A stretch of DNA of 63,993 nt, filler included, from Fonticula-like sp. SCN 57-25 (GCA_001724245.1; 7 parts of 7 records of this genome joined end to end with filler, not necessarily neighbours in it); one strand, 5' to 3'; shown: positions 14,228 through 27,352, numbered from the whole stretch's first letter. Numbers and translations are program-made. Notes: a model not told the origin generated them from the letters alone.

Positions 14228-14958
14228 TTAACGGTAGCGGTGGAAGACGGTGGCGTTGCGGCGCTTGTACGAGGCCTTGCGGGAGCCACCAATGGTCTGG
14301 TGGAAGCCGTGGCCCTTGCCGAGACCGCGCGAGCTCTTGCCGGCGCCGGTGAGACCGCGGAGCTCGCGGTGCTTCATGACGTTGCTGCAGATCCAGTTGA
14401 TGCGGGGATCGCGGCGGATGGCCTTGTGGCTGGGGTCGACGAGGATGACCTCATAGAACTTGTAGAGGGCATCCTGGTTGATCCAGTACGAGTTGAGCAC
14501 GCGGAGGTTACCGCAGACGCGGCCAGCGCGCTGCTCAGCGAGAGCGCGGTGGTTGCGGCGGGGCTTCAGCTGGTTAACACCATGGGTCTTGGGCTTGCCA
14601 TAGGTCTGACCCTTGATGACGGGGCGCTTGCGGCCACCGCGGCGGACACGCACGCGGTAGACAACAAAGCCCTGCTTGGCCTAGAAAAGAAAAGAGAGAA
14701 TGCGGTAAGATTACGGCGATTACGAAAGCGATCGGGACAAACCTTGTAGCCGAGGCGGCGAGCCTTGTCGGGGCGGCTCGGGCGCGAGGCGCGGTGCACA
14801 GCCGAAAGCTGGCGCAGCTCCCAGCAGCGCACGCGCAGAATGAAGCGCAGCACATCAGACTGCTTCTTCTTGTAGAGCTCCTCAAGATACTTGTAGGCTA
14901 ACGGGGGACATGAGTACACGCGTCATCCAAAAGTCTCGAGAAGTAACGTACCGCCCAT
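14228..14958 (-). CDS. RPL15: 60S ribosomal protein L15 (eL15), with 5'UTR intron 14961-15213
   Basis: [18 protein letters not shown]...[11 protein letters not shown]...LRVLNSYWI...HRELRGLT. Confidence 0.97.
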
Positions 14959-15397
14959 TTCTGTGAAAAGAAGAACGCAAAAAGGCAAGCGGCAAAGCGG
15001 ATGCAAGGAAACGCGCGTGGGTTAGCGACCGGATGCTAGACCACAAGGGATGGGAGGATGGATGGGATCGTGGCACGGATGGCACGGGGCAATCCGTGCA
15101 GCACTCTCGACCAAAAAAACACAAAAACAAGGGATCCAACTCAACGGCACATCCATCCACGCCTAGGATGCACCGACGCCCCGTTCCCCGCCCTCAGAAC
15201 CGCCGCAACGTACCTTCAACAACCTCCGCCTCGAGATGGGATGTGACTAAAAGAGGTCGAGCACCGTGCGGATGCGCGAACCCAAATCACAGTATGCAAA
15301 CTCGATTGTAGTTTGCATACTCATCTCTGATTGGTCGCTTACAAACCGTCAGCGTTTGTCGTTTCCCGCCGTTTCCTGCCGCAGAGATCCTGGCGCC

Positions 15398-16715
15398 ATG
15401 GGCCTCCTCCTTGACTCGCCGTCGATCGTCCTCTGGATCCGGCTTCTCGTCGTCACCTTTTTCCTCATTTTTCTTCACATTGTGCGCTTTTTCATTCGCG
15501 TAATCGCCGTTCTCCTCCCCTTTTCCGGGTGGCTCGATGGCCGGTCGCGCGCGGCCGCCGCCTACCTCTCCCAGTTCCTGCGCAGCACATCCGACCCACG
15601 CCCCATCGAGAGCACGCTCGACTCTGCCGGCCTCATTGCACATTACGGCTACCCCGTCGAGGAGCACGCCGTCCGCACGCCCGACGGCTATGTTCTAGGC
15701 GTCCAGCGCATCCCGCGCGGCCGCCGCGACACTCACGATCCCGCCGTCCGCCGCCCATCCGTGCTTCTTCTCCACGGCCTGATGATGAGCTCTGAAGTGT
15801 GGCTCCTCAACAAAGAGTCTTCTCTCCCCTTTTTGCTTGCCGATGCCGGCTACGATGTGTGGCTCGGCAATGTTCGCGGCAACAAGCACTCTCTGAAACA
15901 CGCCACCCTTTCTCCCAATAGCGAGGCCTTTTGGAACTATTCCCTCGACGAGCTCGCCCGCCACGACCTCCCCGCCATGGTCGACTATGCTCTCCTCCAC
16001 TCTGGCAACACCCAAATCGGCTACATTGGCTTTAGCAACGGCACCGCCACCATGTTTGCCGCCCTTTCCCACCGCCTTCTCGCCGACAAAATCCGCTACT
16101 TTGTCGCGCTCTCCCCCGCCGTCACGCTTCGCGGCATCACGAGCAGCGGCGCCAACGCCCTTATCGAAGCCGGCCTCGACTTTGTCTACCTTTTATTCGG
16201 CACAAAACAAATGCTGCCAATCGCGACATTCTACACGAGCACGCTCAGCACGAGCCTGCTCATCCGCATCATGGACCTCGCCCTGCTGCACATTTTCAGC
16301 TGGACGACAAGCGAGATTGACCACGCGGACAAAAAGACACTTTACTATCATTTTTACTCGTATACGTCTGTAAAGTCCATCGTTCATTGGTTCCAAATTA
16401 TGCGCGCGGGTCGTTTCCAAATGTACGACGACGCGCAGAGCGCACATGGACGGCCGCCGCGCTACGACATTTCGCATATTGACATGCCAATTGCGCTGTT
16501 TCATGGCGGAAAAGACACTCTTATTGACGCCAATTTGCTTATTGAAAGCCTCAATTCGGTACGCACGTGCTTCTTTATATAACTTTATTAACACGTGACA
16601 CTAGGCAAATGTACAAGAGCACTGCGAGCCAGACTATGAGCACGTCGACTTTTTGTGGGCGAAAAACGTCTCAAGGGATGTTTTCCCGCGCGTTCTTGAG
16701 ACGGTTGCTGCGTTT
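15398..16715 (+). CDS. AB-hydrolase acid lipase / sterol esterase (TGL1/YEH/LIPA-like), runs to the gap
   Basis: EEHAVRTPDGYVL, LLHGL, LADAGYDVWLGNVRGN, GFSNG nucleophile elbow, YEHVDFLW. Confidence 0.92.
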
Positions 16716-16815
16716 NNNNNNNNNNNNNNNNNNNNNNNNNNNNNNNNNNNNNNNNNNNNTTAATTAATTAANNNNNNNNNNNNNNNNNNNNNNNNNNNNN
16801 NNNNNNNNNNNNNNN

Positions 16816-17329
16816 CCAAGTTCAATTGTTGCAATTGAGTTTGCCTTCGTAAAACAGGACGAGCGAAATCCTTCATTTTTAGACCCATTCCTTGGCAATG
16901 GAGAGAGAGTAACGAAGTACTCACAAGCTCGTTTATCCTTTTGCACGTGAAACGAATTTTCTTGAACAACTCCTTTGCACCAAAAAACTGGAACACTCTT
17001 TGAAACATCCATTGAAATATTTCATCAGGGATATACAGTGGTTCTACAATACGACTGTTCAATAATTTGACAATTCCTTTTGAGAGAACTAGAGTTGATT
17101 TCTCAGTGCAAACAGGGCAGCAAAAGTCGAGTGTTTTCTTCTCGTCTTGACTTTTTTCGTTTCCTCCCTTTTTTTTGTGCCCAGTCTTCAATAGAGAGAT
17201 GTCAACGGGGTTTCGAAGGATCGCAAAGGAGAGCTGCAAATGGGCACAATTGGAGCAGATGGGATGCTTGCATTGCAAGACCACTTGTCCAATACATCCC
17301 TTTTGGCATATCTGGCAGATGTTTCCCAT
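16816..17329 (-). CDS. RING finger + F-box-like protein, probably with LRRs, truncated
   Basis: CQIC...CKHPICSNC...CPVC; IPDEIF...VFQF...TCKR; LQQLNL. Confidence 0.6.
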
Positions 17330-17893
17330 TTGTTTTCCTTGTCCTCAAATCAGAACGATTCACAGGAACAAAAGCTACTATCCGTTTAAAAGATCTTGAA
17401 CGGTAAACAGCAGGATTGGAGTTGGAACAGGATTTGAATTGCCCGTCTTGCAAAGATAATAGGGTTCCGATTGTTGACATGTTGCAGTAACTGGAAAATT
17501 ACAAAAAATAATCGTTGGTTATTTTTTTTTTCAAACAACGAGTTTAAGACTGTAAGTTAAGGTTGGTGCTGGATGATTCCATCAAAAAAAGAAACAATAT
17601 CATGAAGTGCCCCCGGGTTTCATTGTTGTTAACCTGATTGCTGGCTGGCACAACAAGGACTCACGACATAGTAGGACAGGAATTAATTGGACAGAGTTGA
17701 GAACCGACAGAACAATTACACCACAGTAAATATCTAATTGAAGGACCATCATTTGCAATGGAAAACTAGAAACAAAAAACCTCCAACAACTTTCCAGTTG
17801 AATCCCTTACAATCCAATGGACCGGTTGTTCGGGGAGTGTAAGCGAAAGCAACCAGTCCACACAATTTTTGAGTTCCTTTGGGCATTCGACAA

Positions 17894-19602
17894 ATGCGTG
17901 TTGGAAGGACCGTGTACCAGGAGGGAAGTAGAAGTGCGGCAGAAAATCGCTGTCTGTACATTTTTATCGTCGCCTTCTCTGCAATCATCATATTGCTTTG
18001 GCTGAACTCTGAAATTGAAAAACGCAACAGGTGCGTTTGAACACAAATGAAACGCACAAATGTTCACAATCATCACATCATCACTTCACATCATCATTGT
18101 CATCACTTTACATCATTGTCATCACCATCATTGTAATCGTCATCATTGTCATCATCACCACTTCACCACCACTTCACCATCACTGCCACAAACAGACTTG
18201 CAGCGTATAGAGAAATCGCGCCCAATGTGATTTCCGTGTCCAGCGATCGCGCCGATCAGCAGTACAATGATCTCTCCTCGCAGATCGTGCACATCTCCAG
18301 CACAAACGTGAGGCCATTGGAGAGTTCGCTCATGGATCATGATTTCGGTCTCTCCTTTCCATCTGCACTCGGTGTGCGTCGAGTCGTAGAGTATTGCCAG
18401 TGGCAGCAACACAGGTGTGTGTGTGTGTGGTGTTGTTGTTGTTGTTTTACACTCATTCTCACACATTATCATGCATCACGCATCTCTTTTTTTTTTAACC
18501 ATTTCACGCACCACTCTCTTTTTTTCTTCCCATTTTACACATTATCACGAACATCACACACCGTCACATTATCACATCACATCTCATCACATTATCACAT
18601 CACATCTTGTCACACCATCCCACCTTCACACCCCTTCACACCCTTCCTTCTGAATTTCTTTGTTCACTTTCTCTTGTTGTGCATAGCTCCACTGAGACTG
18701 TCACACGCGATGATGACTCTCAGTACACGAGGACCACCTTCTACTATGTGAAATCGTGGCACCCGCACACAATCGCATCGCTGCTCTTCGACCAGGCGCT
18801 CACCCACCACAACCCACTTCGCGATCCGTTCCCAGCGACAACCTTCGTCTCGCGCGGTGCGACTGCGGGGGACTACGAGTTCGACACAGCGCTGGTCGCC
18901 AATCTCCTCGAGCACTCGCACTGGCGGGTCGCCCAGTTCCCCACTAACCCACTCTTTGTCATTCGCGGTGCTCCTGCGCAATCACTCGATTTCAGGTATA
19001 TTGGCCAGGGATACTTTTATGCACCCTATAGGGCAGATGTTGTGACCACTGCATTCACCATGCTGGGACAGTTACTCGAGGGCACACTACTCGACTTCCA
19101 GATTGGAGATCTCTTCTCTCAATGCACCGCTGGTGACATTCGTGTGCGATTTGAAGTCGCTGCACCAACTGTTGCATCAGTGGTTGCAAGAGTTGCACCA
19201 CCAGAGAGACAACTCTCTTCTTCAACATCAGCATCTTCATCATCAACATCATCCTCTTCATCAACCTCTAGTGGTACTGTGAAATTGGAGAGCTTCAAGA
19301 CAGCGGGTACTGGGTATACAGTGGGATTGGCTATGCCTGCAGTGATGACCGCACAGCAAATGTTCGAGTACTCACTTGCAGATCAACACTGGCGTACAGT
19401 CGCTTGGCGCCTTGCGCTCCTCGTATCCTTCTGTCTACTGTACCATCGCAGTGACCAGTGGCTCTTCAAGGCACTTGGTACTAGTGCACTCACTCTCGGA
19501 ATCTCCTGGTGCGTAATGTGGTCACTGTCGCTAAACTCTCTCCTACTGGTTGCAGTTGGACTGGCCATTCATGTGGTCATCTCGCAGCGAGAGGGAAAGT
19601 GA
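17894..19602 (+). CDS. TMEM43: TMEM43/LUMA (DUF1625) family protein; introns 18031-18195 and about 18416-18686
   Basis: N-terminal TM helix, DHDFG...VRRVVEYCQWQ, YVKSW...FDQALTHHNP, AGDIRVRF, C-terminal TM helices. Confidence 0.78.
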
Positions 19603-19874
19603 GATGATGCAGTAAAAACTCTTACTACTGACTGTACACAGTGTGACATGGGCAATTTCACACCGAGTGTTTGAATAACTCGTTTAATGAAGAGTACTAC
19701 TGCTATTACTACAACCTTTATTTCACTGAAAGAAGCAAGAAGTAAGAATTGGTTGAAAACAGAAATCTTTGTGGAAAACAAGGAAAATTCTATTTTACTT
19801 TGAGGAAGATATTCGTGCACAACCTCTGTATTTGAGTAACTCGTCCATCGAGTAACTTCAGGGTTGCATTTTGC

Positions 19875-21429
19875 TCACAAGTAGATGTGTCCAATTGGTG
19901 AGGGGGTACTAGGGATATTGGGCAAATTGAATGTTACCTTTTTCATCCTCTTCGGTATCTTGAACTTTCCCTTCTTAGTTTCACGTAAGCTCGAAGAACC
20001 AGGGAAATAGTGCCCATTACCTTCATAGTTTTTTTCAAGTTCTTGTAGAGGAGACTCCACAAGAGAACTTTTCTCAGATACATCACTAAGAAAGGTTTCT
20101 GAAGTTGATATATTGATCGGAACCAATTTGTTCTTGCTGGGATGCACTTGGTGATACTTGATGAATGCGAAATAAACTGATGCAAATTCTTTTACACCTG
20201 AAATCGTGGATAAGTCCATCCCTTTCAAAATACTCTTGGAGCCACTTAAATTTTTGCAACTGGCATCGTATTGCTCAATATAATGCTTTGTAATAGTCTT
20301 TCCATTGTTTGAAGGGTCATTGAATGTTAATGGTTTGAATTTTGCAGTCATTGTCACAAAAAGAGCACGGTGTCCTCTAACAGCGCACCCAAATTCTGGT
20401 AGAATACATCCTTCTTCAAAAAAAGAAGATTGTTTTCTAATACGCAGTATTGTCAAGAGTTTTGTAAGATCTTTGTGTCTCGCCAAATTCTCAAATGTTT
20501 CGTAGTCTTTTGGAGTTCCTTCGATTTCCAATGTACCACATCTTAAGCCATGAGCGTCTGGAAATTGTCGGAGGTGTGGCCCAAACTTTAGCCCAAGTTC
20601 TTGCTCCGAAGATCTACGGTGAAATAGAAACAATTACAGAATGAAAAAGGTTCAACTAACTGAAGCAAAAGCCGTTCTCCAAGGATATTCTCATAAATCG
20701 TCATTAACAAGCTTCCTATTAACAATTGCAGGCGATCTTCTCTCAACACGTTCAGTTCATCAAACCCCACTACATTATCTTTCCTCAATTGCGATTCTTC
20801 CCCCATCTCTTCATCCAACTCTTTTTCTCTGGCACTACGCAAGGCATCAGCATATTCTCTCAATTTTTCACTTGTCTTTTTAACCTCGCAACCCAACAGT
20901 TCAATTGTATCCATATCAACATTAAATTCAGTGCAGAACTTTTGTTGAGATTCTTCGTTATTTTTGTTCAACAATTCCATCATAGATTCATAATATCCAT
21001 GAGCTTCTGGAGGAAGAATTTGCTTGGAACTTTTAACCTTTACAGCCCTCAAATTGATTTTCAACTTTTTCAGTTTGGTTGTATCCACACCACCAGTCAC
21101 AAAGACATTGTCAATTTCAGCTTGATAGGAAGTTCGTAATTGGTCTTCCAGCTTTGAAAACTCTGAACCACTGAGCTGTGTTTAAAAAAATAATTGATTA
21201 ACAAAATAATACTATTCGAATAACCAATTCCACTAACCAGTTGTTTCACATCGTCCCAGTTTTCAGAGTGATCAGACTTTGCTGTTATTGCTGATATATT
21301 AGTACTAGCATCAATATCATGCCACAATATTGGTTCTTTCTTGTTTTTCATCATGCAGGTTATGTTTCTGTACACTGTATTCTTTTTGGGCGCCAACTCA
21401 CTCAACCCTATTGTTCGATATGAACTCAA
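19875..21429 (-). CDS. Hypothetical protein; three ORF pieces joined by two GTTAGT...AG introns; start uncertain
   Basis: Removing GTTAGT...CACAG and GTTAGT...CGTAG joins the three ORFs in frame. Confidence 0.55.
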
Positions 21430-21573
21430 ATTTGATTACAGAAAAAACCCACAAATCTCTTTGAAAAACATGCATCTCTGTGGTTGTCCAACTATTGTTT
21501 ACAGTTCATTAAGAGACTAAAATTATCATTCCACACCAGTTGACCCAACAAAAAACAAAATACCCTCTCTCGC

Positions 21574-22647
21574 ATGACGTACACGCAGATTAACCAGGGG
21601 AACGACATACAGTACGGTAAATTCCACACTGGGAGTGAAACGACAGTGGACATCCCCCGCTCATCATTTCTCTCTGATCACCATGTGTCGCGATTGTGCG
21701 TCGCGAGCATAACGTGCACGTTTGTCGGTCTCCTCAAAAACGGACTGCTGGTGCCCGCACTGTACAACCTCCTGAAGCAGAATCTGCTTCTCCAGGGCTC
21801 CCTCTCCTACACGCTCATCGCATCCACCGCATTTCTGCTGCCCATAAAGCTGATCGCCGCGATCCTCACAATGGGCGTGTTTGCGTGCTGGAAGCGCGGA
21901 ATCCTCAGCGCCCAGATGCGCAGCGCATCGGTGCTCCTGGCGGTCGCGCTGTGCGGCGTGATGGTTGCCGAGGGTGTGCTCATGCTCGAACCGCTGTTCA
22001 ACATTTCGCAGCGCATCACGGCGCATCCGGATGCGCACCATCAGCCACCGCAGTTCGCGTCGCTCGTTCTGATCGTCTGCATTCTCGCAGAGGTGATTGT
22101 TGGGATCGCGGCGGCTGTCCCGCTGTGTCTGGTGATTGCAAAGATTGTGCATGTGGATCAGAAGCAACTGGAATATCGCTCTCGTGCTGGGAGAATGGCT
22201 GATACCCTCAAGCTCTCGAGTTTTTCGCTGGCAATGGCTGCACTCCTTGTGATTTGCGAGATTGTTACTCTATTCGCCTTCCACGACATGTTTCGCACAT
22301 GTCTGATGCGAGATGACTGGAAACAGTGGTTGAGCACCCTTAATCTGGCAGTATTTGTTCCACTGGATCTGGTAACCCTATTTGGCTTTGCACTACTGTT
22401 TTTGGGCTCACTGGTGGTCTCTCTGGGTGAGAAACTGGATCGGTTGAAGGGGTTTACCACACTTTCGTCTGTCTTTGCAGCAACAGTTGGTGTCCGTCTA
22501 TTGTTACAATGCTCTGCAGTGCTGGTTGTACTGAACGATGACATTTGCGGTGCAGTGCTTGATTTCAAGAGAGCAGCTCTCATTCAAGGAGCATTTGTAA
22601 TTGCTGCACTTGCCACTGAATTGGTCAACAGGTTTAGTCTTTCCTAA
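21574..22647 (+). CDS. Intronless multi-pass membrane protein of unknown family
   Basis: 357-aa ORF with about 8 hydrophobic segments. Confidence 0.6.
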   Translation: MTYTQINQGNDIQYGKFHTGSETTVDIPRSSFLSDHHVSRLCVASITCTFVGLLKNGLLVPALYNLLKQNLLLQGSLSYTLIASTAFLLPIKLIAAILTMGVFACWKRGILSAQMRSASVLLAVALCGVMVAEGVLMLEPLFNISQRITAHPDAHHQPPQFASLVLIVCILAEVIVGIAAAVPLCLVIAKIVHVDQKQLEYRSRAGRMADTLKLSSFSLAMAALLVICEIVTLFAFHDMFRTCLMRDDWKQWLSTLNLAVFVPLDLVTLFGFALLFLGSLVVSLGEKLDRLKGFTTLSSVFAATVGVRLLLQCSAVLVVLNDDICGAVLDFKRAALIQGAFVIAALATELVNRFSLS

Positions 22648-23118
22648 TCCAAGAGAGAGATGATAAGCTGGGGGGATGAAAAAGTCCTTCTGCACGTGAA
22701 TTAAAGTGAATTGGCCCACCTGGATTAATTGTTTCAGGTTTATTGCTGCAGATCTCTCTCTTAATTGTGTGACCGAGGGATGTTGAAACTGTGCTCCATC
22801 ATTCCAGCCATACTGGTTGTTCCACTACATCCAGCACAAACAATTAACACAACTAGACTAGATTCAATTCTTCAAATATCATGAAAATCTTGCACTACGG
22901 TGACAAAGGAGAGGAGTTTGAATGGTCTTTGTTTTGAAAATATCGTAGTAGTGATTTTATTGCACGTGATTGCATGATTGCATTTCCAATATAAACTGCC
23001 CTCCAAATTACCAATACAGTACTAGTCAGAGTCGTAGTTATGGTCAAAGCAGTCACCAAGATCGCCCCCATTAAGCAATAAATTTTCAAATGATACGCCA
23101 ACTGTTAGTACAACCATC

Positions 23119-25051
23119 TTAATTGTTTCCTTGGATAATCCACTCGAGAGACTCGCAAATTTCCGCAAACGATGGCCGTTGCATTGGTGCGTTACTCCAA
23201 CTCGTTTGCAGCAAGTCAATAAGCTTACTCTCCTGTAAAGAAAAGTTTCTATTGGAAGGAATTACTGGTTTGTAAGTGCCCACATCTGAAATCACTGAAA
23301 GATTATCATATGGTTGGTTTGTCTCGAAAAATATCAGATAACCCAAGATAGCAAACGAAAAGACGTCACATTTTGGTGTCGGGAAATCACCACGTAATAA
23401 TTCAGGCGCCATAAATATGTTGTCCATTTCGTTTTCCTGTCTTTCAACCACTGTAAACTGTTTGACCCCAAACACTTTCACCTTTGGAATATCCTGCTGA
23501 TCGAATAGGATATGCCGCGGAAGTAAATCGTTGGGAATGGTCACATTGTGCTCATGCAAGTAGGACATGCACTTGGCAATCCCGAGTAGAATCCGAATCT
23601 TGTTTCCAAATGTTCCAAGATCCTTCTTCTCAATCTTAGAGGTAAGTGTTCCAGACTCAACAAATTCACTCACGAGCGCAATTCGTGGTGGTTGAATAAT
23701 GGCTCCAAATACTGAGACTAAGTGTGGATGTCGTAACATGGCGTGTGTGCGTATTGCTTGTTTGAAAGTTTGAATGTCATTCTTGGATTTGAACAAGTTT
23801 GCTCTAAAAAATTTGACTGCAACTGGCTCCTTCTCTCGCAATATGGCTTTGAGAATAACTCCAGTCGAACTCGGGCCAATCTGTGCAAAGCATGACAAGT
23901 TATTCATAGTTAACTCAAAGATAACTGAATCAGGTAAAAGTTGCACATTATCAGCTGTCTGCTGTGTATCATGCTGGTTGAAAATTAAGGAGAGAACCCT
24001 TTCATCCATCCTCTTTTGAGTTCGTGTCACTGATCTTGTCTCCTCGTGCTTTATGTGAAGCGATATGAGCAGAGAGATGAGCCATGTCACCAGAGCATGA
24101 CCAATGGAAAGCAATATGCAAATAACTGCGAAACGATCATTAATTTGTTTACCATACCAGTAATATAAGGTACTCAAACTGATTGCAACAAGTGTGTTTA
24201 AAATAGTTGCAAAGGCCAACACTGTAGTTCTCACAATATTGGAAACACTAATATCATTATAAGCCCTTGCATAGTATACACTCTCACAAATGATAACCAA
24301 TGTCACAGCGATAAACATCACACATTGCAAGGTGCATGATATCAGCAGAGCACTGACCCACCCCTCCACAAACTTATAGGACCGGTAGCGTTCAAGAATG
24401 AGTCCAACAGAAATGCCCATTAAAAGAGTAGTAATTGTAGATACCAATGTGAATAGCTGGTAGATTATCCGCGCTTGCCAGTACTTCCTTTTAAATGGGA
24501 GCATTGTTAGCATGAGTATCAATGCTCCAATTGTAAAGCAAATATAGCACACATTGCAAAGGATTGCTGCATTACTGAACAAATTGTTGCTAAAATCCTT
24601 GGATGGGGTGAAGAGATCACGAATATCTCCCCAGAGCACAATGTTACCCTGCTTTGAGTCAATGGCAGCACAAGTGAAATTATAGATACTCATTGCACTT
24701 AAGAGGGGTAAATCTGCAGTCCTGAGAATTACTGACTCGGAACGATTTCGTGTCAAAACGTTCCATGTGTTGATTCCCATGGATAGAGGTTCCTGTTCCT
24801 GCATCAGATAGGAGAACATGTTTCCAGCAAATACACGATCAAACTGAAGTGGAAATGAAGTAATAGCTCTCGCTTTTTCGAACAAGTTGTTACCCAAATA
24901 GCGACCGAGGCAGTTCCAGTCGTTCATACCAAAGCCATATACCAGCCCTTGTGTGGATAATAGAAGTACATGGTACATTCCAACTGACATATCAACAACT
25001 GTAATGGTCAATGGAAGCAAAAGGGGCTCTGGAATGTTCAACACAACTGGG
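23119..25051 (-). CDS. RCC1-repeat + multi-TM + TKL-type pseudokinase, 5' truncated
   Basis: VGMYHVLLLSTQGLVYGFGMNDWNCLG (RCC1); about 5 TM helices; VAVK, LRHPHLV, FMAPE, KCDVFSF, RPSF. Confidence 0.8.
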
Positions 25052-25151
25052 NNNNNNNNNNNNNNNNNNNNNNNNNNNNNNNNNNNNNNNNNNNNTTAAT
25101 TAATTAANNNNNNNNNNNNNNNNNNNNNNNNNNNNNNNNNNNNNNNNNNNN

Positions 25152-26365
25152 TCCGAGACCTCCCACAAGAGGCCATCGGCGCCCACGTTGGATAGCCGCC
25201 CTGTATCAATGAGGTTGGCAAGCACCCATCCCTTGCACGCCTTGAGCAGCGCCGCGTCGCCAAAGAGCGCGGCCAAGTACGACACGGGTACGATATTGCG
25301 CTGCGACAGCGACGAGATCAAGATCGCAGACGTCGACTTGAACGTGGCCTGGTTACCGAGAAGATGCGACAGGGCGTAGAGCTCCTGCAGCTCGTCCAGA
25401 TCGTCCTCCGACATCACCGCGGTGTTGGTGGGGCGCGGGGGCTCCAGCGCAGCCAGGCGAGGGCTGGGCGCCCCGGACGGCGGAACAGAGTTTGACGGCG
25501 TCGACGCAGGCGTGCTCGACTGCGGGGCGCCTGCGGGGCGGTCAGCAAAAGCGGCGCAATAAAAGGCGTAATGGCGTACCAAAACTGTCAGCCAAAATAG
25601 AAAGAGAAGTCGGCTCTTCGGAGCGAGACGCGCTTTCGAGAATGGTCACAAGCGCAGAGGCGGCCGCCGCACGCGGCAGCTCGAGCTGGATCGCCTTGGC
25701 CTTGCTAAAAGGCGCGAGCGCGGGGATCGCCGCCAGCAACGAGCGATCGAGCCGCAGGACAAAGCGGATAGAGCGAACGAGCAGCGACTCGACGGACGGC
25801 TCGCCGGGCTTGCTCGACATTGTGCGATCGGCATCGCGTGAAAGGCGATCCTGGTAGAAACTCTGCACATTAACCTGGATTTGGTCACTGGATTTGGATG
25901 TTGGCTGCAATAAAACATTCGGTTAATGAGCCTGCATTCCAATAAAAGCAACAAACGCACAGCAAACGAGGCGGGCGACGCAAGGTTACCGGACACGGTG
26001 TGTGCGGCGCCGCTCATCTCGGAGACATCAATATAAAACTGGGGCTGGCCGAGCGTGTTCAAGTCGGATTCGCTCAAAAACGATTCTCCCCCGACGAGGC
26101 GCGTCGGCGGCTGCTTCTCTATCCTCGGACCGGCCGGGGCGGCGAGCGGCGGCACGCTCAGGTCGAGCTCTAGCGGGACCTCGGTGCCGTCCTCGAGCAC
26201 CTCGACGCGCGGTGCGAACGCTTTGCTGAGAAGAACATCCTCATCGGGAAGCTGCAGCGTCGTGTAGGAGCAGAGCGCGCGCGGGACACCCGAGCAGCTC
26301 TCGTGCGTTTCTGGGTTATCCCACGGATGCGTCGTGCGGCCTGCACCGGCCTCCACCGACATCAT
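25152..26365 (-). CDS. Probable BTB/BACK-like domain protein, multi-exon, 3' truncated
   Basis: ELYALSHLLG...LSQRNIVPVSYLAALFGDAALLKACKGWVLANL resembles BACK helices. Confidence 0.45.
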
Positions 26366-26686
26366 CGCGGGCGACCTTGCTCTTTCTGGCTGCAACCACA
26401 AAAAGCAGGGTGGCCAATGACGATCCGAATGCGGTCGAGTGTTTTTTCATTATAAATCGCATGCGATTTATGAAAATCAGAAAAATCAGAAAAAACAAAG
26501 AAAAATCAGTTGCACAGCCAGCGGCCAGGAGGCCAAACAAGTTCGACGAGTCCGCGACCTCGCTGCTCCTGTTTGCGCATCGTTTTCTTTCGCTCCGCCA
26601 TCAATTGCACAAGATCGTATTGTGTGGCGTCTATAGTGGTGTTTTCCAAAGAAGCGTTTTAGTATCTTTTTTGGCTTTCTGCGATA

Positions 26687-27352
26687 ATGTTTGCTGCTGC
26701 GGTGCGTCGCTCGGCGACCGTGACGGGCGCGCTCCGATCGATGACGCCACAGAGGAGGATGGCCACCCATACTAACGTACGGATACATGTTTATGTATTT
26801 CAATGTACTCATACTATTTCTAGCCACAGGAGCCTGAGCGTGGGCTTACATTTACGACTTTTCTTGGCGCCTCCCTCACGATGATTGGAGGTATGGTGGC
26901 GGGTGCCGTGATCGCCAACCGCGGCGCCGAGTTTCTCGATAAGGGGCTTGGGCTCTACCACCATGTAGACGAGGACGAGGAGGAGGAGGTCGACGATGAC
27001 GACGACGATAACGACGCCAAGGAGAGCGACACGAGCAAGGCCTCGACTGAATCCGATGCCGAGGATGTTGCTGCGCCTCAAGCGGCTCCTTCTATCTTTG
27101 GCGTTGGCTCGACCGACGCCGTTCGCGTGCTTTCTGCCGGTACAAACCTCCTTCCTGTTATCTCGGTTCGCTCACGACTATTATCTAGGCGAGCGAGTGA
27201 AGTGGTACATCGAGTCGCAGCAGAAGCAGCTCGAGCTACTCCAGGCGGTGGACCTGTCGGCGGCGCCCCAGTGGGAGAAGGATTTGCTGATGCGCACGAC
27301 GTCGACACTCCACACAAACCTCAAGTCAATCAAAAAGCATGTCCAAAATTAA
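26687..27352 (+). CDS. EMRE/SMDT1-like mitochondrial calcium uniporter regulator with C-terminal extension; exons 26687-26776, 26824-27139, 27189-27352
   Basis: Mitochondrial presequence MFAAAVRRSAT..., PQEP, single TM with GMVAGAVIA, amphipathic NRGAEFLD, acidic tract DEDEEEEVDDDDDD. Confidence 0.65.

Noticed and set aside
19875-21429. Three overlapping same-strand ORFs (GTGA overlap) resembling a prokaryotic or viral operon or programmed frameshift
   Set aside because: Two canonical GTTAGT...AG introns join them into one reading frame
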